55,655 bases of DNA from a virus (lineage: Duplodnaviria > Caudoviricetes), in IMG/VR virus record IMGVR_UViG_3300001686_000006, positions 1-55,655 of that record. One strand, written 5' to 3'. Under the pieces are notes generated by a model. The model made no database searches, was not told the origin of the DNA, and worked only from the letters and a program-made list of their open reading frames with translations. The position numbers were made by a program, and so were the translations under genes. Shown in pieces: positions 1 to 9,173 of the stretch (the first letter of the stretch is position 1; every line of letters starts with the position of its first letter).

Positions 1-981
1 GGTGCTGGTGCTGCCCAAGCCATGCCCGGTAACCGCACGCTGGATGCCATCACCGCACCGGCGGCGGCGGTCAATCTCAACTCCAAGGCGATCACCAGTC
101 TGCTTGATCCGTCTGCGGCCCAGGACGCAGCGACCAAGAATTACGTCGACAACGCCATTCAGGGTCTTGATGTCAAGGGTTCGGTCAAGGCGGCAACCAC
201 GGCGAACGTCACGCTGGCCGGTGGCGCACCGAATACGCTTGACGGTATCGCCCTGGCCGCCAATGATCGTGTGCTGGTCAAGAATCAGACCACCACCAAT
301 CAAAATGGGATCTATGTGGTCACCACTTTGGGTACGGGTGCCAACGGTACCTGGACCCGAGCGACGGACATGGACGCTTGGGGCGAAGTTCCGGCATCGT
401 ATGTGTGGGTCGAGCAAGGCTCGGCTACGCAGGGCGATACCGGTTGGGTGTGCACGGCAGATCAGGGCGGCACGCTGGGTACGACGGCCATCACGTGGGT
501 GCAGTTCTCCGGCGCGGGTTCGATCACCGATGGCGCAGGTCTGCTCAAGACTGGTAATACCCTCGATGTCCAGGTCGACAACGCTTCGCTGGAAATCATC
601 ACCGACGCGCTGCGAGTCAAGGCGCTGGGTATCACCAATGCGATGCTTGCGGGCAGCATCGACGCTACGACAAAGTTGGCTGGTGCGGTTCCGGTGGCCA
701 ACGGTGGCACCGGTCAGACCGCACAGAAGGCAGCGCGGGAAACCGGCATGGCCGCTGCGGGTTACTATACCTCGGCCACCCATGGCGCCGGAGCGACAAT
801 CGCTGTCACCCAGGCTACGCATCTGCTGCGAGCCAGCCGTGGTCTGATCGTGCAAGTTCAGGATGAGGCAACCGGCAGTGTTGAGCTACCGGATGTGTCG
901 GTGGCGGCCAATGGCGATGTGACCGTGACTTACGGCGCTTCGGTTTCGGCCAACTCCAAGCGAGTTACGGTTATCGGCTGA
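1..981 (+). CDS. Tail/head fibre-like structural protein, 5' truncated by window edge
   Basis: Frame is open from base 1 (GAGAAQAMPGN...). Gly/Thr/Ala-rich, with QDAATKNYVD and DRVLVKNQT..QNGIY motifs typical of phage fibre proteins. Confidence 0.65.
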   Translation, partial: GAGAAQAMPGNRTLDAITAPAAAVNLNSKAITSLLDPSAAQDAATKNYVDNAIQGLDVKGSVKAATTANVTLAGGAPNTLDGIALAANDRVLVKNQTTTNQNGIYVVTTLGTGANGTWTRATDMDAWGEVPASYVWVEQGSATQGDTGWVCTADQGGTLGTTAITWVQFSGAGSITDGAGLLKTGNTLDVQVDNASLEIITDALRVKALGITNAMLAGSIDATTKLAGAVPVANGGTGQTAQKAARETGMAAAGYYTSATHGAGATIAVTQATHLLRASRGLIVQVQDEATGSVELPDVSVAANGDVTVTYGASVSANSKRVTVIG

Positions 982-1460
982 TGCCTGAAATTCTAGGTCG
1001 GCTACGGACTCCACGTCTGGCGGCAGCGCCTTCTGCACCCACCGTGGGTGAGGTGTACTATGACACAGCTGCCAATAAACTGTACTGGTGGAATGGCACC
1101 GCTTGGATCGATGCCACCGGTGGCGCAGCTGCCAAGACGTTTCGTACAGGTCATACTTGGATGGTGGCTGGAGCTGTTTCTGCTGCCACATTGCCTCCTA
1201 TTTTTGTCCCGGAAGGCAGTGGTCAGGCAGCAACGCTAATCGCGGTACGCGCGCAAATTCTTTCGGGTACTAATGTTACCGTGCAAATGCAGTACAATGG
1301 TTCGAATTTAGGGTCTGCGATTATTGTCACGACCACGGCAGGAAGTACTGCGTTTTCTCAAGCGGTTACCGATCTCGACCGGTTGGGTCTTGTGCTGAGT
1401 ATACCGGTGGGATCACCTGCTGATCTGTCGGTCACGGCTATTGTGGAGCATGTGGTATAA
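981..1460 (+). CDS. Minor structural / fibre adaptor protein
   Basis: TGATG-coupled to the previous gene. N-terminal GEVYYDT..NKLYWWNGTAW fibre motif; C-terminal domain paralogous to that of 9174..9842. Confidence 0.6.
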   Translation: MPEILGRLRTPRLAAAPSAPTVGEVYYDTAANKLYWWNGTAWIDATGGAAAKTFRTGHTWMVAGAVSAATLPPIFVPEGSGQAATLIAVRAQILSGTNVTVQMQYNGSNLGSAIIVTTTAGSTAFSQAVTDLDRLGLVLSIPVGSPADLSVTAIVEHVV

Positions 1461-2678
1461 GTGACAATCACTACTCTAGGTCTGACCGGCTTCGAGCATG
1501 GTTTCATTGGTGCCGGAGCTCAGGCTGGCGGTGGGTTATTCGATGCCGCTCCCGGTTCAGGCTGGTCAGCTAGTACATCTAATCCGCGTAATGGTAATTA
1601 CTGCGCGCGTCTCGTAGCCCCAGCGAACATCGTGACGCAGCTTTTAAACAATATTTCCGGTAATCCGACGAAGATCATTTTGCGGCTTGGTATCAAGTTT
1701 GTATCAGCGGTCCCGGGTCTGGGAACAAACCAGACGCTTCTCACGCTGAACAACAGTACTCCAGTTGTCGTCTTTCAGGTACAGCGTGTATCTACCGGGC
1801 TTATTCAATTGACATATGGAGGTAGCGCATCCTCTAGCAAAGTTAGCGTACCGGACACTAATTGGCATTTGTTTGAGTTTCAACTGGACGCCATTGCCAA
1901 GACGGTGGACTGGAAACTCGATGGTGTTTCTCAAAATCAAATAGTTGCTTCTGGCACCGTAACTAACTTCGCTGCGCTGTTCTTAGGCACTAACGCTACC
2001 AACCAGCCGACGTTCACCGCTGACTACGACGACGCGATCATTGGCACCTGGACCAACGCCGTGACCGATTGGTACGGCGATGGCAAGGTGCTTGCGCAGC
2101 TACCGGGATCGGTACCTTTTGTCAATACGGTGGCCAACTTCTCGCCTGGTGATGCTGGGGCAGCTTACAATTCCACTACGGGCCTCGACGCCTGGCAAAT
2201 GGTCGATGACCCTCCCGGCACGGGTGGATGGACAGCGACACGAAGCACTACTGACAACATCGCAGGTCGGATCGCCACAATAACGACGGCTCAGATACAG
2301 ATGAGGCCTGTGCCAACAGCCGAAATAGGCAACGCCAACGCGGTAAAGGCGATCTTGTCCTACTCTTCCCCGGCTACGCAGGCCAATCTTTGGGCTTGTG
2401 AAGTGCAAAATTTAGCTGGTGCGAGAGCAGAGCTATGGGGTCTCGTAAGCGAGGTGGGTAAGGCGTACAACGTCACCGCCAACAATTTCAAAAGCGTGAT
2501 TGTGCCTATGCCTGTAGCTGGATGGACGCCCGGTCAGGTAAACGCGGCTAGCTGGACCTTCGGTTGCTGTGTCTCAGCGGACATCAGCCCGGTCCCGACT
2601 GTTCAGGCGTTAATGTTCGAAGTTGATTGGATTATCGCCGCGGCCGTCACTAGTAACAAACTCGTATCGGTCGCCTAA
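1461..2678 (+). CDS. Putative receptor/carbohydrate-binding virion protein (LamG/ConA-like beta-sandwich)
   Basis: 405 aa, beta-rich; WHLFEFQ..VDWKLDGV..YDDAIIG pattern; resembles the N-terminal half of 9842..11164. Confidence 0.5.
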   Translation: MTITTLGLTGFEHGFIGAGAQAGGGLFDAAPGSGWSASTSNPRNGNYCARLVAPANIVTQLLNNISGNPTKIILRLGIKFVSAVPGLGTNQTLLTLNNSTPVVVFQVQRVSTGLIQLTYGGSASSSKVSVPDTNWHLFEFQLDAIAKTVDWKLDGVSQNQIVASGTVTNFAALFLGTNATNQPTFTADYDDAIIGTWTNAVTDWYGDGKVLAQLPGSVPFVNTVANFSPGDAGAAYNSTTGLDAWQMVDDPPGTGGWTATRSTTDNIAGRIATITTAQIQMRPVPTAEIGNANAVKAILSYSSPATQANLWACEVQNLAGARAELWGLVSEVGKAYNVTANNFKSVIVPMPVAGWTPGQVNAASWTFGCCVSADISPVPTVQALMFEVDWIIAAAVTSNKLVSVA

Positions 2679-2708
2679 CTTACTCTAGAAAGGAGGTGAA
2701 TCTTCAAA

Positions 2709-4838
2709 ATGAGTAGTAATTTGGTCATTGTGGCCATTCCTGATGAGAACGATCCTGTGTGGGAAGTTTCCAGTGAGAAGATTCCACACATGACATTGCT
2801 GTTTCTCGGCGATGCAGAGAAAGTTTCTCGGGTCGATCAGATCGTGCTCTTCGTGGAGCATGCGGCAAACACATCGTTGAAGCGATTCTACCTTCCGGTG
2901 GATCATCGTGGTGAATTGGGCGCTGATCAGGCCGACGTGCTGTTCTTTAAGAAGAGTCGCTATGATTTCAAGGCGGTTCATGATTTTCGCAGCTTGCTGC
3001 TAAGAGATCCAAACATCAAGACGGCTTACGATTCGTCTACCCAGTTCGAGGCACCAGATGCAGTGGGACTTCCAGGCCAGCCCTGGATTCCCCATCTGAC
3101 TTTGGGTTATCCGACGGCTCCGGCCAAGCCTATCCCAACCGACCACATTTCTAAGTTCTACGACGTGAACTTTAACAAGATCGCAGTGTGGATGGGCGAC
3201 TTCGAAGGTCCCGAATTTCTGCTTAAGGACTATTGGGAAGATTTCGACGAGATGACGTTTCCCACGGACGTCGCCATGAGTGATCTCGAGCATTTCGGAG
3301 TCAAGGGCATGCATTGGGGCCAGCGTAAGGATACCACCGTTACTGTCAATGGCCAAACCAAGCAAGTGTCAGCCAAGAAGGCCGACAAGCTAGACAAAGA
3401 GTGGAACAAGAATGCCGCGTCTGCCGAGACGTGGGTCAAGATCCACAACGCTTCGGCCGATCATTTCAATGCTCACATCGAGTCACTTAATGCCAAGCAC
3501 AGTCACGATATGTCCAAGGAGGATTGGGACAAACCCGATAGCTGGTCACCGGAGACCAAGAAGTACATGACCGAAGTTCACAATCTGTCCAAGGAGGGCT
3601 TGGATAAAGCAGTGAACCAACTGGCGCCAAGTCCTACGGGTAAGCACAAAATCGGGATCGTGCACGGTTCGCAGTATGGCGAGTGGGGTCTCGTACTCGA
3701 CGAAGTCAAGCATGCTACCAATAACGAGGTTACCTGGGTCAAGCCAAAGCGCAATGAACGAGGTCAAATTGTGAGCGCTGAGTTCAAAATGAATCCCATG
3801 GTTCACACCGAAGACCTAGGCGCCGAATTCATCGAGCATTTCGGAGTCAAGGGCATGCGTTGGGGCGTGCGCAAGGCTGCCGCCGGGGCCAAGGCCACCA
3901 GTACGTTCGTCAAGGACGTAAATTTCGAGGCTCGCACGGCTCGAGGCCCGGAAGGCCAGTCCAGTAAGGCCACGCGTATGGTGGTCAGTGCGGCACACAA
4001 GCCATTCAAGAATGAGGACTTGCCCGCGGTCAAGACGCGTCATGGCGATTACGCTAAGCTGATCAATCGTGCTAAGAAGCCATTGTCCAAGGAAGCCAAG
4101 GCCTATCGTAAGGACGCTCGAGAGACTTACATCAAGCGGTTGGAGACCACTGCCAACTCGATGAAGAATGCTTCCGGGACTCGGCAGTATACGATTCGAG
4201 AGCGTGGGGTCGATCTACCTGCTGAGGGTGGCGCACTGCCTAAGTCGAAGTATTTCTGGGAAGTCAGCGCACGTGATGTCAAGCACGCAGCCGGTAACGT
4301 CGATGTTCGGCTTGAGCTCATTATGGCCGACGGTTACATCACTGATCTCAAACCGGTCGAGCTCGAGACTCCCATGATTCACGGTGTCGATCTGGGCGAG
4401 GAGTTCGTCCTCGAGCATTTCGGCATCAAGGGTATGCGCTGGGGTGTGCGCAAAGAACGCGCAGTCACCGCCGAAACGCATGTCGATACCGGCGTATTCA
4501 AGCGACAGACCAAGATTCGTACCACCGGCGGCGAAGCCCATCCGGCCCATGTCGATGCGGTTCGGGCCGCTGTGCAAAAGCAGAAGCTCAAGAAGAGCGG
4601 CACTGATGCTCTGTCCACCCAGGAACTTCGAGACCTGGCCAATCGGCTACAGGTGGAGAATCAGGTGCAGATGCTTACCTCGTCCAAGGGCAAGCGATTC
4701 GTCAACAAGCAGCTCGAGGAAGAGACCAAGAACCAGATCAGTCGAGGAACCAAGAAGGGCATCAAGAAGGCCGCTCCGCATGTGATCAAGAAGGCGAGTA
4801 AGGCGGCAGCCACCGGAGCGGTGGTAGTCGCCCTATAA
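2709..4838 (+). CDS. Multidomain protein: N-terminal 2H phosphoesterase plus three HFG(V/I)KGMxWG-tagged modules
   Basis: AAGGAGG SD. HxT motifs at H27 (IPHMTL) and H129 (IPHLTL). HFGxKGMxWG at H195, H377 and H570. Confidence 0.8.
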   Translation: MSSNLVIVAIPDENDPVWEVSSEKIPHMTLLFLGDAEKVSRVDQIVLFVEHAANTSLKRFYLPVDHRGELGADQADVLFFKKSRYDFKAVHDFRSLLLRDPNIKTAYDSSTQFEAPDAVGLPGQPWIPHLTLGYPTAPAKPIPTDHISKFYDVNFNKIAVWMGDFEGPEFLLKDYWEDFDEMTFPTDVAMSDLEHFGVKGMHWGQRKDTTVTVNGQTKQVSAKKADKLDKEWNKNAASAETWVKIHNASADHFNAHIESLNAKHSHDMSKEDWDKPDSWSPETKKYMTEVHNLSKEGLDKAVNQLAPSPTGKHKIGIVHGSQYGEWGLVLDEVKHATNNEVTWVKPKRNERGQIVSAEFKMNPMVHTEDLGAEFIEHFGVKGMRWGVRKAAAGAKATSTFVKDVNFEARTARGPEGQSSKATRMVVSAAHKPFKNEDLPAVKTRHGDYAKLINRAKKPLSKEAKAYRKDARETYIKRLETTANSMKNASGTRQYTIRERGVDLPAEGGALPKSKYFWEVSARDVKHAAGNVDVRLELIMADGYITDLKPVELETPMIHGVDLGEEFVLEHFGIKGMRWGVRKERAVTAETHVDTGVFKRQTKIRTTGGEAHPAHVDAVRAAVQKQKLKKSGTDALSTQELRDLANRLQVENQVQMLTSSKGKRFVNKQLEEETKNQISRGTKKGIKKAAPHVIKKASKAAATGAVVVAL

Positions 4839-4878
4839 TCCACAACCGAATACGAAAGGGTAGTAAGAGGATGATCGC

Positions 4879-5115
4879 ATGCCGCGAACTACCGTCGAAC
4901 AACAGAAGCAAAGCCAACCGGTAAGATGGTTTCTCCTTATCGAAGAGGTTGATTCGTTTAATACCCGAACCGGTCTCAGACTCAGTAATGTCTGGGGTCA
5001 TATTCATCGGGAAGAGTTCGAGGCTGCGCAGATCGAATTCCAAGGAGTAACGAAAAGATACGAAGAGTGGACCACTTTGGCTACAGATGACCGCCGTTTA
5101 GAGGAAAGGAGGTGA
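4879..5115 (+). CDS. Hypothetical protein
   Basis: 78-aa ORF with GAGG SD, fills the gap between flanking genes. Confidence 0.55.
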   Translation: MPRTTVEQQKQSQPVRWFLLIEEVDSFNTRTGLRLSNVWGHIHREEFEAAQIEFQGVTKRYEEWTTLATDDRRLEERR

Positions 5116-5119
5116 TCGC

Positions 5120-5281
5120 TTGGGTCTGGCATTAGTGCTGATCGGGATTATTCTGTGGGTAGCCTTAGGCTGGGTGCTCATTGGCCTGATCTGTATCGTC
5201 GTCGGCATCATTTTGCTATTCGTGCCAGGAGTTCCTTACGGCTATTCCAGTTGGCATGGCCGACGGGGACCTCCGCCGTAG
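5120..5281 (+). CDS. Small two-helix membrane protein (not in the ORF track)
   Basis: AAGGAGG SD then TTG start; MGLALVLIGIILWVALGWVLIGLICIVVGIILLFVPGVPYGYSSWHGRRGPPP (53 aa). Confidence 0.7.
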   Translation: MGLALVLIGIILWVALGWVLIGLICIVVGIILLFVPGVPYGYSSWHGRRGPPP

Positions 5282-5296
5282 ATGAAAGGAGGGTAA

Positions 5297-7042
5297 GTGG
5301 CACTGTCCAATACGGCAGTCCCGGTGTATTACGGGCAGTTTCGCCACGCGGTGGTGCGGGGAGAGATTCCGGTTAACCGAGAGATCTCTTTGGAGATGAA
5401 TCGGATCGACTCGCTCATCAAGAATCCCAACATCTACTATGACGATCAGGCGGTGGAGGGTTTTCTCCGCTTCTGTGAGGGCGAAATGACCCTGACTGAA
5501 GGCAGTGACCTCCACCTCCTGTTCACCTTTAAACTGTGGGCTGAGCAGATCTTTGGCTGGTATTACTTCATGGATCGCTCGATCTACGTTCCTTCGGTGG
5601 GCGATCACGGCGGACATTACGAGACCCGAACGATCAAGATTCGTCTGGTCAAGAAATTCTATCTTATCGTGGCTCGAGGCGCGGCCAAGTCGATGTTCGC
5701 TGCTTTGGTTCAAGCCTACTTCATGACGGTGGATACATCCACCACTCATCAGATCACCACGGCTCCGACCATGAAGCAGGCCGAAGAAGTACTGTCACCG
5801 TTTCGCACGGCGATTACTCGAGCTCGGGGACCACTATTTCAATTTCTTACCGAGGGCTCGCTGCAGAACACCACGGGCAATCGCATGATGCGGCAAAAGT
5901 TGGCCACCACCAAGAAGGGAATCGAGAACTTTCTCACCGGGTCTCTGTTGGAGATTCGACCCATGGCCATTGTCAAACTCCAGGGTTTGCGGACCAAGAT
6001 TGCCACTATCGATGAATGGTTGTCCGGTGATCTCCGAGAGGATGTCATCGGCGCAGTGGAGCAGGGTGCGTCCAAGTTGGACGATTACCTGATCATCGCC
6101 ATCTCATCAGAAGGTACGGTGCGTGCCGGTTCTGGTGATACCATCAAAATGGAGCTGTCTGACATCCTTAAGGGTGAGTACTCGGCTCCGCATGTGGCTA
6201 TCTGGCACTACAAGTTGGATGAATTAGAAGAAGTGGGCGATCCAGCCATGTGGCTGAAAGCCCAACCCAATCTGGGACAGACGGTGACCTATGAAACGTA
6301 TCAGCTTGACGTGGAACGGGCCGAAAAGGCTCCAGCGGCTCGAAATGACATTCTCGCCAAGCGATTTGGCATTCCAATGGAAGGCTACACGTACTTCTTT
6401 ACGTACGAGGAAACCTTACCACATCGTGTTCGTGAATTTTGGCAGCTCCCTTGCGCACTGGGCATGGATGCGTCGCAGGGAGACGACTTCTGGGCATTTA
6501 CTTTTCTCTTCCCGCTGGGTGGAGATCGCTACGGAGTCAAGACCCGTAGCTATATCACTGAGCGGACGCTGATGCTGTTGCAGGCGGCCATGCGCCAGAA
6601 GTACGAGGAGTTCATCCAAGAAGGCAGTCTTCACGTGATGAACGGCACGGTGTTAAACTGGGAAGAGATCTATGAAGATCTCGATACGTTCGTCATCACC
6701 TCAGAGTATGACGTACGGTGTTTTGGTTACGATCCGTACAATGCCAAAGAGTTTGTCAAACGCTGGGAGGCTGAGAACGGTCCATTCGGAATTGAAAAGG
6801 TGATCCAGGGGGCCAAGACCGAGTCTGTGCCCCTGGGTGAGCTGAAGAAGCTGTCCGAGGATCGGCATCTCATATTCGATCAGGTCTTGATGTCATTTGC
6901 CATGGGCAATGCCATTACCATGGAAGATACCAACGGTAATCGTAAGCTGTTGAAGAAGCGCCAAGAAGAGAAGATCGATAACGTAGCCGCGATGATGGAC
7001 GCCTACATCGCGTTCAAAGCTCACCAGGAGGCATTCGAATAA
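5297..7042 (+). CDS. terL: Terminase large subunit
   Basis: Walker A VARGAAKS, Walker B ATIDEW, nuclease-domain GMDASQGDD, YDPYN and KIDNVAAMMDA; 581 aa upstream of the portal. Confidence 0.93.
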   Translation: MALSNTAVPVYYGQFRHAVVRGEIPVNREISLEMNRIDSLIKNPNIYYDDQAVEGFLRFCEGEMTLTEGSDLHLLFTFKLWAEQIFGWYYFMDRSIYVPSVGDHGGHYETRTIKIRLVKKFYLIVARGAAKSMFAALVQAYFMTVDTSTTHQITTAPTMKQAEEVLSPFRTAITRARGPLFQFLTEGSLQNTTGNRMMRQKLATTKKGIENFLTGSLLEIRPMAIVKLQGLRTKIATIDEWLSGDLREDVIGAVEQGASKLDDYLIIAISSEGTVRAGSGDTIKMELSDILKGEYSAPHVAIWHYKLDELEEVGDPAMWLKAQPNLGQTVTYETYQLDVERAEKAPAARNDILAKRFGIPMEGYTYFFTYEETLPHRVREFWQLPCALGMDASQGDDFWAFTFLFPLGGDRYGVKTRSYITERTLMLLQAAMRQKYEEFIQEGSLHVMNGTVLNWEEIYEDLDTFVITSEYDVRCFGYDPYNAKEFVKRWEAENGPFGIEKVIQGAKTESVPLGELKKLSEDRHLIFDQVLMSFAMGNAITMEDTNGNRKLLKKRQEEKIDNVAAMMDAYIAFKAHQEAFE

Positions 7043-7662
7043 TGGGTAATCTGCTAAAGGCGCATATCTTCAAACAACGTATTGTGGGTATGCGAGAAGA
7101 GGTCAAGCTTAAGCTGTTTCATCCAGACGATACGCCTTTCGATGTTGATGCGGGCGCGTCATTCGATGCTGCTAGCGCTCGTTTCAGTGCGATGGATAAT
7201 TCGGCTGATGCGAACCATGAATTCAGGATGGGACTGCGTACGTCCGATGATGAGGCGTTCTCCATCTATTCGGGCACATGGGCACGAGTTCCTGAATCCG
7301 CAGCCGAAGCTGAAAGCGATTACTATGTGGGCTCTCTCCGTCTTCCGGGTCCCGGTCTATATCTGGTGGCTGGGCGTGTCCAGTTCTTTACCAACTCGTT
7401 GGAAGACACTGCCGTATCGGTGGAGATTCACTTCGAAGGAGGTTCTGACTACAGAATCGTAACCTGTCACAATACCGGACCGATCTCATTTGGCGGCGTT
7501 CCATCTGCCTTTCCCGAGGTTCCGTTCTCTCAGCTGGTTGATATTACGCCCGAATGCTTTCAATATATGTATGCGCAGGTCGACATCGAGGATAACAAGT
7601 CGTTCGAAGGACGCATCGTTCCTCGCGTACTGGTTAACATCGTTCGTCTAATGCCGATCTAG
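7042..7662 (+). CDS. Putative head decoration/fibre protein (C1q/TNF-like C-terminus)
   Basis: N-terminal LKLFHPDDTP resembles [10 protein letters not shown] of 9174..9842; LPGPGLYLVAGRVQF strand pattern. Confidence 0.4.
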   Translation: MGNLLKAHIFKQRIVGMREEVKLKLFHPDDTPFDVDAGASFDAASARFSAMDNSADANHEFRMGLRTSDDEAFSIYSGTWARVPESAAEAESDYYVGSLRLPGPGLYLVAGRVQFFTNSLEDTAVSVEIHFEGGSDYRIVTCHNTGPISFGGVPSAFPEVPFSQLVDITPECFQYMYAQVDIEDNKSFEGRIVPRVLVNIVRLMPI

Positions 7663-7673
7663 AAAGCATTCGA

Positions 7674-8876
7674 ATGATATTGAGCGAAGCCCAGCCATTT
7701 GCCTCCCCGAGCGAAGCATTAAAACATCACGGCGTAAAGGGTATGCGCTGGGGCGTAGTGAACGAAGACAAACCGATTGGACGCGACTTTAGTGGACGAT
7801 CCCCTGTAGCTCCAAAATCTTCGATACGTAAGGCGTTGGATGATAGAAAACAGCGTCGCGTAGACAAGTTCATAAAACGCGCTGATATTGCGAATACTAA
7901 GATCTCAGAGATAAAGCTCAGAAATGAGGAACTCGAAGGAACCAAAAATTTGGCTAAACGTTACGAAAAGTACATCAACAAACAGAACATAAAGGAGATT
8001 GACAAGGCGCAACAACGAGCATTACGAGATGCCGAAGCTGTCCAAAAGGGCAAGCTGACGTCTACGCAAAAAAAGATTATTATCGGCGGCGTGGCGGTAA
8101 CGGCGGTTATTGCTGCTGGAGCCATATATCGAGGGCAACAATCCGGTGCGTTGAATTCCTTTGTGCTTCGCGGTTCAGCCCAACTTCGTGGACAAAAGGT
8201 TCCGTTCGATATGAAACCGGAGCTTCGGGCTAAGATGACCGCGGAAGAACTGCTGAATAAGGTGGCGAAACCGGTAAATCCGAATTACTCAAAGATGGGC
8301 GGCAAGATGAATTGTCGTCGTTCTACTTATGCCTACGAACTTCGTCGTCGAGGTTTCGATGTACACGCGACTACCGCGACTGCCGGTTGGGGGCAGAGTG
8401 AATCGGGCGTGATTAATGCGCTAACTCCGGGAAGTAAGAACTTTTATCGACAGATGTCTATGTCTCAGGCGATAGTGAATACCGGAAGAAGTAGCAAGGC
8501 TCCTGGGGACAAGAGATTTATTCCCGGAGCGAAGATTCTTCTGGATAATCTCGATGCGTCTAAGCCGCTGGGCCAGTATACTGGGTATATCTCTAATTCC
8601 AAGAGAGTTCTCGAAGAACTTGCCAAGCAGCCAAGTGGTTCACGTGGTGAAGTAGTGTTCAAATTCCCTAAATTTGGACATAGTATGGCTTACGAAATTG
8701 TGAATGGTGTGCCACATATTTTTGATAGCCAGAAGGGTACGTTATACAATGCCACGCATATGGTTGAGACGAAGTGGGATGGTTTCACTGCTGCCGAAAT
8801 CAGGCGTTTGGACAACGTAGATTTGGACATCGGCTTCCTTACGCGCTGGGCGACTAATGTGGGAGCTCCATCATGA
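7674..8876 (+). CDS. HHGVKGMRWG-tagged protein with a TM helix and a C-terminal papain-fold (Tox-PL-like) toxin domain
   Basis: LKHHGVKGMRWG at aa 16-27; hydrophobic IIIGGVAVTAVIAAGAIY; putative triad C214 (MNCRRS), H336 (GHSMAY), D351 (IFDSQ). Confidence 0.75.
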   Translation: MILSEAQPFASPSEALKHHGVKGMRWGVVNEDKPIGRDFSGRSPVAPKSSIRKALDDRKQRRVDKFIKRADIANTKISEIKLRNEELEGTKNLAKRYEKYINKQNIKEIDKAQQRALRDAEAVQKGKLTSTQKKIIIGGVAVTAVIAAGAIYRGQQSGALNSFVLRGSAQLRGQKVPFDMKPELRAKMTAEELLNKVAKPVNPNYSKMGGKMNCRRSTYAYELRRRGFDVHATTATAGWGQSESGVINALTPGSKNFYRQMSMSQAIVNTGRSSKAPGDKRFIPGAKILLDNLDASKPLGQYTGYISNSKRVLEELAKQPSGSRGEVVFKFPKFGHSMAYEIVNGVPHIFDSQKGTLYNATHMVETKWDGFTAAEIRRLDNVDLDIGFLTRWATNVGAPS

Positions 8877-9097
8877 ATGAATCCGAAGCCCTAAAGATCG
8901 CCATGAAGTACATGGCGCCCGGAAGCAAGTTCATCAAGTCGGCCACTCACGGTAATCTCTTTATATTTCACATCAATGGCCCCGATCCACTTGAGGGAGA
9001 TCTAGATCCGTTCTTCTCGGTGGATAAGACAACAGGCAAGTTCAGTGATTTTTCTATCGCTGAAGGTGGGCCTGAACTACTCAGACAATTTATCTAG
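8873..9097 (+). CDS. Putative immunity protein (PepSY/YrhB-Imm35-like)
   Basis: 74 aa, ATGA-overlapped with the toxin stop; N-terminal SEALKIA helix and FSVDKTTG motif. Confidence 0.55.
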   Translation: MNESEALKIAMKYMAPGSKFIKSATHGNLFIFHINGPDPLEGDLDPFFSVDKTTGKFSDFSIAEGGPELLRQFI

Positions 9098-9173
9098 CTT
9101 TACGGGCTCAATACTTCGCTATCGAGTACTCGTATAGGAGGTATATCCTAATACATACAGAGGAGACGTGTGA

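Noticed and set aside
2-847. 281-aa alternative-frame ORF
   Set aside because: Arg/Pro-rich off-frame shadow of the fibre gene.
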